From Chitinophagales bacterium (lineage in GTDB: Bacteria; Bacteroidota; Bacteroidia; Chitinophagales; UBA10324), in NCBI GenBank assembly GCA_013816805.1, contig JACDDS010000003.1:8582-72581 (forward strand): 64,000 bases of DNA. Direction: 5' to 3'. The position numbers and the translations under genes are program-made. The notes below the pieces were generated by a model. That model was not told the DNA's origin and did not search any database. It saw only the letters and a program-made list of their open reading frames with translations. Below, piece after piece: positions 17,126 through 26,000 of this stretch (position 1 is its first letter; each line of letters begins with the position of its first letter).

Positions 17126-19219
17126 TTATTTCACATGGTTAATCTTCATTGTTGACATAGTAATTCCATTGTAAGCTATCGTTGCAATGTATATTCCTTC
17201 AGGTAAATTATTTACAGTATTCCAGGTAGTCAAATAGTTACCAGCTTTTTTATAGCCATCTTCAACTATTGATACCGTTTTACCGGTAAGATCCACTACT
17301 CTGATGGTAACTCTTGCATCACCGCTTAAATGATATTTGAAATTAGTATAGCTGGAAAATGGATTTGGATAGCTCATTGCTACCAATTCAGGTGAACCGA
17401 TCTCCAATACACCAGCATCTCTTCCGCCAGACATGTAAATTCCATTTGGCCCGCTGCACTTACCAAAACCGCTCCATGGAACCTGAACATAAGGGAAAGA
17501 AGAACGCAGGGTAGTATCATTCTTTTCTACGCCAGTAGTGTATCCCAACACTCCTAACAGATCAGGAGTAACCAGGCTTTCACCAATGTTAAAATCATCA
17601 TATCCCAAACCAATTGCTGCCAGCACAATACCCGAAACTGCCTGCAATTCAATACGCGTGACATCATCTTCAAGACGTCTTCCGTTAGGGAATCCATCCA
17701 TATTCGGAATGTTTTGAAGGTCAGTATTAGTATTGTATCGTGGGTCTGTTAAACCTAAAACTGCAGCTTGAAGAAGTCCTTCTGTGCTGAAATCAGGGCT
17801 GTTTCGCTTTGTTATAGGAACTGCCATATTCAGGCGAAGCATATCACCAAAGGTAGGCAGGAAGTTATTTACAAAGGGTTTACCAGGTGCTAAAGGATTG
17901 CCGGAAGGTTTCCCGGTTGCAAGCTGATAAGGTGCCAGGTTAGGTACACCAGTATTAAAAATAGGAAGGATATCAACTGACCGGGGTTGATTTTTGCGGA
18001 GCAAATAATCACCATACAAAGCAGGATCCAGAGCTGTTCCTAATGTAGCCGGATCACCATACAGCACAAACAATCCGTCCGCATAATCAGTAAAGTCAAC
18101 TGTTCCCAATACTGTCTGTGAAGATTCCTGAACACGAAGAGCATCAAAAGCAGGAACTAAGGGCCCAAACTGATCATCATCCATATATAATGCTAACTCC
18201 GGATTTGTGAAGTACTTTTCGAAATCACCGTCGTTGTAAGGTGTTTGTGAATTCCAGTAATCCTTATCACCAATAGGGATAATTGCTTCATTTGTTAATG
18301 GCATTCCTAAACGGGATACCTGAACATAAGGTAATTGATAGTGGTAACCCGGAGTTCCATCCTCCCGAAGCTTTGCAATTTTCGGACGGGAAGCTGATGC
18401 CCATACTCCGATTACATAATCAGGGTCTAGAATACTTCTTGCTCCATTGGAGGATTTGTGATCCATCTGCAACGTTTTAATAGGAATCTTCATGGCGATA
18501 ACATGCACATTATGACAGGCAACAGCGTCTATCGGTTGATTTACGCCAGTGCCACCTGCCCGAGTATGGGCAAGATCAAAAATTCCACCCAGATCCACAA
18601 AAAATGGATCATCAGCTGGACCACAATACACCATTTCTCCACCACGACCTGTTGAGGGAGTGATTGCATCTTTAAAAAGCTTTTCATAGTTGGTTCCCAA
18701 ACCAACAACCGGATCTTCAATAGAACGAGGACCAATGTTATTAGGAGGAACTACTCCACCAGTAATTATACTTTTAAAGGGCTTTCCTGCACTGCTAACT
18801 GAACAATCGTAAGTGGTTTTCAGATTTTGCTTACCAAGACGAATGTTAAAGAAAGTAGTAGGATCTTCATTTGTTTGCTTGAATTTAAAACGATATATGA
18901 TATCATCACCAGTAGTAGTAGGATTGTTTTTTATATGAATATCGTACGCAATGTTTTCCCCGAAAGAGTAATAATTCGGGCCACCTTGCGGTAATTCAAG
19001 AGGAACGTAACCGGCAATAATAGTGATGGAAGTTGTATCGTCCGGACTACGGAATGCGTAAACATCCGTATTATCGGCAAGCGGATCGTTCGAGATCAGC
19101 GGTGCCTCACGGTGACTTGATGCCACTACGCAATCGTGCTTTGAACTTGCATAAGTCATAGCCCCGATTACTCCCAGCACCATTCCCGTCTTTAATAATT
19201 TGTTTATGATGGATTTCAT
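17126..19219 (-). CDS. DUF4331-family secreted protein with a T9SS C-terminal sorting domain
   Basis: Signal peptide followed by the hallmark SSHREAPLISNDPLADNTDVYAFRSP. Also DPFFVDLGG, SRLGMPLTNE and DGFPNGRRLEDDV. The C-terminal ~85 aa (YPNPFSS...GIYIATIAYNG...KINHVK) form a T9SS CTD. Confidence 0.8.
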   Translation of the reverse strand: MKSIINKLLKTGMVLGVIGAMTYASSKHDCVVASSHREAPLISNDPLADNTDVYAFRSPDDTTSITIIAGYVPLELPQGGPNYYSFGENIAYDIHIKNNPTTTGDDIIYRFKFKQTNEDPTTFFNIRLGKQNLKTTYDCSVSSAGKPFKSIITGGVVPPNNIGPRSIEDPVVGLGTNYEKLFKDAITPSTGRGGEMVYCGPADDPFFVDLGGIFDLAHTRAGGTGVNQPIDAVACHNVHVIAMKIPIKTLQMDHKSSNGARSILDPDYVIGVWASASRPKIAKLREDGTPGYHYQLPYVQVSRLGMPLTNEAIIPIGDKDYWNSQTPYNDGDFEKYFTNPELALYMDDDQFGPLVPAFDALRVQESSQTVLGTVDFTDYADGLFVLYGDPATLGTALDPALYGDYLLRKNQPRSVDILPIFNTGVPNLAPYQLATGKPSGNPLAPGKPFVNNFLPTFGDMLRLNMAVPITKRNSPDFSTEGLLQAAVLGLTDPRYNTNTDLQNIPNMDGFPNGRRLEDDVTRIELQAVSGIVLAAIGLGYDDFNIGESLVTPDLLGVLGYTTGVEKNDTTLRSSFPYVQVPWSGFGKCSGPNGIYMSGGRDAGVLEIGSPELVAMSYPNPFSSYTNFKYHLSGDARVTIRVVDLTGKTVSIVEDGYKKAGNYLTTWNTVNNLPEGIYIATIAYNGITMSTMKINHVK

Positions 19220-19248
19220 GTTGTTCGTATATTTTCTGGATTAAAAAA

Positions 19249-21039
19249 TTAGTAGGTGTAATTGTAGTGATAAGCATAACCTTCCCATGGAGTTGCCACG
19301 TAGGGGAAAGTAGACTTAAAAGACGCATCGTTACTTTCTACACCGGTTGTATATCCTAACACACTTAACAGGTCAGGAGTCACCAGGCTTTGTCCAATGC
19401 CAATGGTATGGTCATCGTATCCCAGACCAATAGCGGCAAGCACTATTCCTGAAACAGCCTGTAATTCAATACGGGTAACATCATCTTCCAATCGTCTTCC
19501 GTTCGGGAAACCATCCATGTTAGGAATGTTCTGAATATCCGTAGTGGTATTATAGCGAGGATCCGTTAATCCAAGCACTGCCGCCTGAAGGAGACCTTCA
19601 GAACTGAAATCTGAGCTGTTTCTGTCAGTAACAGGAACTGCCATATTCAGGCGCAGCATATCATTAAACGTAGGCAGAAAATTATTGATAAAAGGCTTGC
19701 CTGCAGCTAATGGATTACCATCCGGTTTTCCTGTTGCTAATTGATAAGGTGCCAGGTTGGGCACTCCTGTATTAAAAATAGGAAGAATATCTACTGAGCG
19801 CGGTTGACCCGGACGAAGCAGATAATCACCATATAAGGCAGGATCAAGAGCCGTTCCCAGGGTAGCAGGATCACCATAAATAACATATAAGCCATCGTGG
19901 TAATTTCTGAAGTCTACAGTTCCAAGAACTGTTTGAGAAGCAGACTGAATGCGCAAAGGTTCAAATGCAGGCACAACAGTTCCGAATTGTGAATCATCCA
20001 TGTAAAGAGCAAGCTCCGGGTTGGTGAAAAATTCTTCAAATTGCTGATCCTTGGTTACATCTGTAAAATTCCATTTGTCTTTTGTTCCGATCGGAATAAT
20101 TACCTCATTAGTGAGCGGCATACCGAGTCTTGATACCTGTACCCACTGTCCGTTTTCCTGTTTATCACCTGTTTTTTCATCCAGAACAGTTGTCCTTCTT
20201 CTGCTGGCAGATGCATATACACCGATCACATAATCGGGATCGAGAATATCTGAAGCTTGGGCCACCCCCTTACCATCTTTTTGTAAAGAAGCTATCGGAA
20301 TGCTCAATGCAATTACGTGCACATTACGGCCTGCTAAACCATCACGCGGAGCATTAATTCCTGTTCCGCCACTGCCGCGTGTATTTCCTACATCAAAAAT
20401 ACCCCCTAAGTCAACAAAGAAGGGATCATCTGCGGGGCCGCAATAAATAGTCTCTCCTCCGCCATTAGCTCCACCAGCCTTCACGATATCATCCTCAATA
20501 AGCTGCTCTTCAGTTTGACCTAATCCGAGCACCGGATCTTCGATAGAACGAGGACCAATATTAGGAGGTGGAACATCACCTTTAGCAATGAGCTGAAAAT
20601 CTCCTCCATTCATGCTTTTATAGCATTTGAAAGAAGTCTTCAGATTCTGCAGACCAAGGCGTATATTAAAGAAGGTTGTTGAATCCTGATTAACCTTTGA
20701 AAAAAGAAAACGATAAGTAATATCGTCATCCTTCGTGTCAGCATTGTTTTTAATGTGAACTTCATAATTAACATTTTCTCCAAAGGAGTAATAATTTGGT
20801 CCTCCCATTGGAAGTTCGGCGGGAATATAATTCGCCATTATTACTATTTTAGAACTGTCCTCAGGTGACCGGAATGCATATACATCCGTATTATCAGCCA
20901 GAGGGTCATTAGAAATCAGCGGTGCCTCGCGATGGCTTGAGGCAACCAATTGGTCACGTGCACTGCTGAAATACAGGAGACTTCCTATCACCAGCATTAC
21001 TGCACATACCTTTAAAGTAGTGGTCAGTTTTTGTTTCAT
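19249..21039 (-). CDS. DUF4331-family secreted protein (paralog without a T9SS domain)
   Basis: Same hallmark motifs as the downstream paralog. The likely start is the ATG at 21037-21039, which gives the signal peptide MKQKLTTTLKVCAVMLVIGSLLYFSSA. The protein ends WEGYAYHYNYTY with no CTD. It lies 29 nt upstream of the paralog. Confidence 0.8.
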   Translation of the reverse strand: MKQKLTTTLKVCAVMLVIGSLLYFSSARDQLVASSHREAPLISNDPLADNTDVYAFRSPEDSSKIVIMANYIPAELPMGGPNYYSFGENVNYEVHIKNNADTKDDDITYRFLFSKVNQDSTTFFNIRLGLQNLKTSFKCYKSMNGGDFQLIAKGDVPPPNIGPRSIEDPVLGLGQTEEQLIEDDIVKAGGANGGGETIYCGPADDPFFVDLGGIFDVGNTRGSGGTGINAPRDGLAGRNVHVIALSIPIASLQKDGKGVAQASDILDPDYVIGVYASASRRRTTVLDEKTGDKQENGQWVQVSRLGMPLTNEVIIPIGTKDKWNFTDVTKDQQFEEFFTNPELALYMDDSQFGTVVPAFEPLRIQSASQTVLGTVDFRNYHDGLYVIYGDPATLGTALDPALYGDYLLRPGQPRSVDILPIFNTGVPNLAPYQLATGKPDGNPLAAGKPFINNFLPTFNDMLRLNMAVPVTDRNSSDFSSEGLLQAAVLGLTDPRYNTTTDIQNIPNMDGFPNGRRLEDDVTRIELQAVSGIVLAAIGLGYDDHTIGIGQSLVTPDLLSVLGYTTGVESNDASFKSTFPYVATPWEGYAYHYNYTY

Positions 21040-21083
21040 GAAAATCAATTTTGTGAGTGAAAAAATTAAACTATCTACGAGCA

Positions 21084-21115
21084 GAATCCAAGAATGGATT
21101 TCCATCCGTGGATTC
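21084..21115 (-). other. hairpin in the putative 5' leader of the DUF4331 operon
   Basis: gaatcca...tggattc (7-bp arms) enclose a nested ggat/atcc pairing, 45-75 nt upstream of the start codon. Confidence 0.25.
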
Positions 21116-21505
21116 TTTTCTATTGACAGGGGTAACAAACCTGAATGTCAAAGGTTTAGGATTTACATTTAATATTTTTATCTAAGAACTATATCAAGGG
21201 AAGATCAATAAAGGAGTGTTATTGTAAAGTATAGTTAAGGAAAATTATAAATAGTATCTAACTTATCCTTTTTCCGATCTGTCTGAATTAGGTAGGAATA
21301 ATTTGCTTTTTAATTCAAAATAAACGAAGTTGTATTTTAGTGATTTAGTGACTATGACTCTATTGATCCCGACAGCTAAATGGCGAACTATGAACAGAAT
21401 CTGGCGGGACATATTCAAGAAATACAAGCATAAAATAGGAATGAGAGAATCCCATTTTAATTCGTTCAATATAAATTTATATGGTGATAATTTCCGGAAG
21501 CCAGA

Positions 21506-22306
21506 TCACTTCTTATAATACTTCAATGCTTCAGGCATATACTTTTTTATATCTGCAATACGCCTGTCATCGCTTGGGTGCGTGCTCATAAACTCAGGAG
21601 CCTTTCCTCCACCCGACATTTGTTTCATACGTTCCCATAGCCCAATGGCCTCATGCGGGTCATACCCTGCTTTTGCCATCAATACTAAACCTATCTTATC
21701 TGCTTCAGATTCCTGAGTGCGTGAAAAAGGTAATAAGGCTCCATATTGGGCTCCCACAGCAAATGCAGTGTTATAAATATTTTGAGTTTCAGCAGGCTTA
21801 TTAGCTAAAGCTAAACTTAATCCCGCGCCCAATCCCTGGGCTATCAGCTGCTGACTCATGCGCTCATTACCATGCTGAGCCAGGGCGTGACCTACCTCAT
21901 GGCCTATTACAGCAGCTAATGCTGCTTCTGTCTGCGTAACCGGAAGTAAACCTGAATAAACCGCAATCTTGCCTCCGGGCATACACCATGCATTTACCTC
22001 CTTGCTTTCCAGGAGATGATACTCCCAATGAAAATCCTTTACCCTGTCAGCATACTTCATCTCAGTCATTAATTGCTGAGCTGCATCTGAAATTCTCTTT
22101 CCCACAGTATTCACAAGGTTCGCTTCAGCGGTTCCGGTGATTACTTTATTTTCTTTCAATACCTGGTTATATTGGGTTAAAGACATGGATTCCAACTCAG
22201 ATTCAGGCAGGCCATGGATTTGTGTTCTGCCCGTAATAGGCACCTTTTGGCAGGACCATAAAAAAATCAGAAACGAAAAAACTGCAAGTATTTTTTGATT
22301 TTTCAT
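21506..22306 (-). CDS. M48 family metallopeptidase, lipoprotein
   Basis: Lipoprotein signal LIFLWSC. HEVGHALAQH (HExxH) and a downstream ESEADKIG. Confidence 0.85.
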   Translation of the reverse strand: MKNQKILAVFSFLIFLWSCQKVPITGRTQIHGLPESELESMSLTQYNQVLKENKVITGTAEANLVNTVGKRISDAAQQLMTEMKYADRVKDFHWEYHLLESKEVNAWCMPGGKIAVYSGLLPVTQTEAALAAVIGHEVGHALAQHGNERMSQQLIAQGLGAGLSLALANKPAETQNIYNTAFAVGAQYGALLPFSRTQESEADKIGLVLMAKAGYDPHEAIGLWERMKQMSGGGKAPEFMSTHPSDDRRIADIKKYMPEALKYYKK

Positions 22307-22307
22307 G

Positions 22308-22943
22308 CTATATATTTCTTTTAAATGAAAGTTTGTTTTCCGTCCTATTCAATAATCGTACAATATTTTTTCTATGTGTATAAAAAATGATGCAGGGTAT
22401 GGCCACAGCGAAAAGTATAACAGGTAATTGATGATAATGATCTACAAAGATTACCACTATGGGAAATAAAGCAGAGGACAGAAGTGAACCAAGAGAAACA
22501 TATCGCGTTGTCAGAAATATTAACAAAAAAGAAACAATACATAATAAAGCTGCCATCCAAAAAACAGATAGACCGACGCCAAGGAATGTAGCTACTCCCT
22601 TACCTCCTTTAAATTTAAGGTAAACGGGAAAAATATGACCCAATGCTGCGGTAATACCTAATGCCAGCTTGTAGTAGATAAAATTATCAGAATGCAGATT
22701 TATTCCAACCGGATAATATGCCAGCATTACAGCAGAAACGCCCTTCAGCACATCCATAGCTAACACTATAATGCCAGCCCTTGCACCCAGAACCCGAAAT
22801 GTATTGGTTGCACCTGCATTTCCGCTTCCAACGTTTCGAACATCTTTATGATAAAACCATTTTCCAATCCATACTGATGAAGGAACGGCACCAATAAGGT
22901 AAGCAAGAATGAATACAATAATATATGGAAGCGTCAAAGGCAA
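22308..22943 (-). CDS. plsY: glycerol-3-phosphate acyltransferase
   Basis: GSGNAGATNTFRVLG motif and multiple TM segments. Size 211 aa. Confidence 0.93.
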   Translation of the reverse strand: MPLTLPYIIVFILAYLIGAVPSSVWIGKWFYHKDVRNVGSGNAGATNTFRVLGARAGIIVLAMDVLKGVSAVMLAYYPVGINLHSDNFIYYKLALGITAALGHIFPVYLKFKGGKGVATFLGVGLSVFWMAALLCIVSFLLIFLTTRYVSLGSLLSSALFPIVVIFVDHYHQLPVILFAVAIPCIIFYTHRKNIVRLLNRTENKLSFKRNI

Positions 22944-23054
22944 ATTGAAAACTAAGGTATTAGAGAATCAATACTTTTCAAAATGCGGAGTCCATTAAAG
23001 TTTATTTCTAACTGCAGTCTTGGATAAAATGGTATCGGGTTTTTCGACCTGATA

Positions 23055-26000
23055 TTATTTATGAGTTTGTTTGGGAGCCGGCGCAGAGCTTCCGCTCTGT
23101 AAAAATTTTATCCGGTTTATGAATGTATTTTTCTTGTTTTCCGAACCCGGATTATATTGATATCCTCCACTTTCATCTGATTTTGCAGTCCTTTTATCCG
23201 GTTTAATCTTTTCCAGGGCTGTATTAAATGCTTCATCACCTGATGCAATCTGCATATTTCCTGAAGCATAGTTAAAGAAGTACCAATCGTCCGCTCCGGC
23301 AGGAATATACAGGTTCATATAGTCACCACTCCGCTTATAACCAAGTTCAAGATAACCCTTAACTACCTTCGCTACAGATTTATCATTAATGAATGCAATA
23401 GAAAAAGGTTTCGTTGAATAAAATGAACGGCTTGTTTTATCCCATTTCATTTCTACGTCTGAAATTAAAATGGTATAAGGCAGTGCCTTACTTTTGGAAA
23501 ACGAGTTAGTGGATGCAAACTGCTCGTTAAAGCTTTTTTCATTTTTCGCAACAATTAATTCAGCAATGTTTTTTTGAAAAGCATCACTTTGATAGCTCGC
23601 TTCGGCAGCATCATAATTACCCTCTATCACATCTTTCGAAAATTTAACTACTAAATCTTTATCAATATCAAACTGAATTCCCAGCATCAGGTTAAATAAA
23701 AAATCATTCTTAATAACATCGGTACTCACACTTCCTGCAGCATTTATTTTTACCAATCCGAAGTTTAAGCTCATATCCATCTTACCTTCCGCCGCTACTT
23801 TACCGGTAGCGTCACTGTATTTTAACACATTACCTTTAACAGCATTTCTTAAAATTTTATCAGGGTTGCCCGCTATGTATTGCTTCAGTTTTTCATCATA
23901 ATAAACCATTCCATTTGCTGTAAAAAGGTTCTTATCGCGATAGCTTTTTTTTGCATTAAAAAAGGATGTATAGAGATCGGAAGAATCTGCATCGAATACA
24001 ATGCCTGCTGTAACGGGTTTATGCGATTCATTCACAGGATCATTAAAATATACATAATTCGAATCTTTTGACACATACCCGTTCACGCTAAACCATTCTG
24101 CCCTGATATTCGGATTATTTATATCCAGCTTTGCGTACCCTTTTAATGCAATATCCCTGATGTTCGATACCACATTTACCCGACCCTTGTAACTTATTTT
24201 CGGAAGCAATTGAAATTGCATAGCGGTATCTACCCCACCTTTAGCATATATGTGAAGCTGGTGATCGGCAGTATCTTTGAAAATACCCATATCATCAATC
24301 CGGATTTTTTGAGGCTTACCCGATCTGTTTATGTAATTATATATGGCAGCTGTTACCTTAAGTTCCCGCCGGCCATAAATGGTAGCTGTAACACTATCAA
24401 ATTTGTGAAATCCGGAGGCAGTGTCCATCGTAATTTTTGCTTTCGTAAGCGTGCGCATGGCTGCATTTCCTTCAATTGTTATTTTGCCGCTGTCCGGAAA
24501 AATCTTAGCATCTGCTACAGTTATGTAAGGCACTTTATTAATTTTCAGAACATATTGCTTCATATCATAAATGGCTCCGCTTCCGGTAAAGCTCAGTGAA
24601 TCCTGTTCCGGATTTGTGGAAGTGAACAGGGCTGATGAGCCCTGCGGCGCATTAAAAGTCATTTTATTATTGTCCATATCCCATCTGAACTCACTTATAG
24701 ATGTCCTGTATTGGTTGTAAGGAAAAACGGTAGCAATATCATTAGTGTTAGATTTAAATTCTCCCGTTCTCTTATCAAAATCGATTTTTGCTTTTACATT
24801 ATTTGTTCGAAGAGAAGGTTGCTTTGGATCTTTTGATTTAATATAAAAGTCTGCTGTATCTGCGCTCATCCTGTTTTTGGCAAAAAGAATATCCCGGGAA
24901 GAAAGAATAGCATCAGACCAATCAACCGTTCCGCTACCCCTCATACCGGTTGATCTGAGAACAACCGTACCTTTTAAAGATGATTTCTCATCAAATATTT
25001 TAAATGGAATTGAATCCGTCTTTACAATCATGGAATCATGAGAGGGCCTCCACAGAATCGTCCCTTTTGAACCTTTTACATTCGGAAATTCAGTTTTTCC
25101 AATCAAAGAAGCAGCAATACTGAATGAATCCGCTTTTGCCAACAGAGAGTCAGGGAGGAATATGATCTCCCGCGACTGTGTGGTAGAGGAAAGAAACTTT
25201 ATTGTTCCCTTTCCTTTAAGCCCGCTGTTGTTTAAGATGATCTCCTTTGAATAGGAACCTTTTCCCCCATATAGAGGAAGATCCATTTTTGTTATCTTAA
25301 AACCCAATGAGAGATCAGGCTGAATAGATACGTGATCTTTTATTTCAGGGAAAATACCTGCAGAGACTAGTTTACCGTCGAATGCAACTTTGGAAACTTG
25401 TAGGTTATTCAGGGAATCTAATATGAAAGGATCCAGCTGGAGATAAAACTTAGTTCTCTTGTAAGAACCGTTAAACAATCCGGGATTATCATAATATATA
25501 TAGGAAGGTTTGGTAGTGGTAATAATTGGAAATTGCGGGTTTTTTTTATGGACTCTTGTGCTGCTTTTTGAATCCACCTGCAACGAGCCGGTAACGTTTT
25601 CAATGGTGCTTTTTATGGGGCCTAGTACAGGCTGATGTTTTTCATCAAATTTTCCGGTCGGAATGTTAATTATGAGTGAATCTACTTTGGACAGGTTCAT
25701 TTGATTGCTGTCATAATTATATTTAAAGCCGCTTCCGTTCATGTCAAGCCACCCGGCAAACATTCTGCCGCTGAAATCTATGTTCCGGTTCTGCTTCATA
25801 AGTAGGGAGTCTTTCCGCGGAAAGATGATAACAAAATTGCTGTCACTAAGGGGTATTGAACTTACGCCACCTACTCTGAGGTTTAAATTGCGTAAATCCA
25901 TTTGCCCGTTCACAGTGTCTGTTTGAGAGCTAAGCTGGATATTGTCATAATTCACCAGCTTTTTGTTGGCGTTTACATAAAAGAAAGCTTTATCCAGCAC

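Noticed and set aside
19090-19219. The idea that the conserved SSH of SSHREAP in DUF4331 proteins forms an N-terminal ATCUN (X-X-His) Cu/Ni site after signal-peptide cleavage.
   Set aside because: The most likely signal-peptidase sites in both paralogs (after ..TYA and ..SSA) leave 6-11 extra residues before SSH, so the motif would not be N-terminal. The idea is unsupported without experimental N-terminus mapping.
21263-21518. Two mutually overlapping small ORFs (68 aa on the minus strand, 62 aa on the plus strand) in the gap upstream of the DUF4331 operon.
   Set aside because: They overlap each other on opposite strands in AT-rich DNA and have no signal or known motif. The region is more likely promoter and leader sequence.
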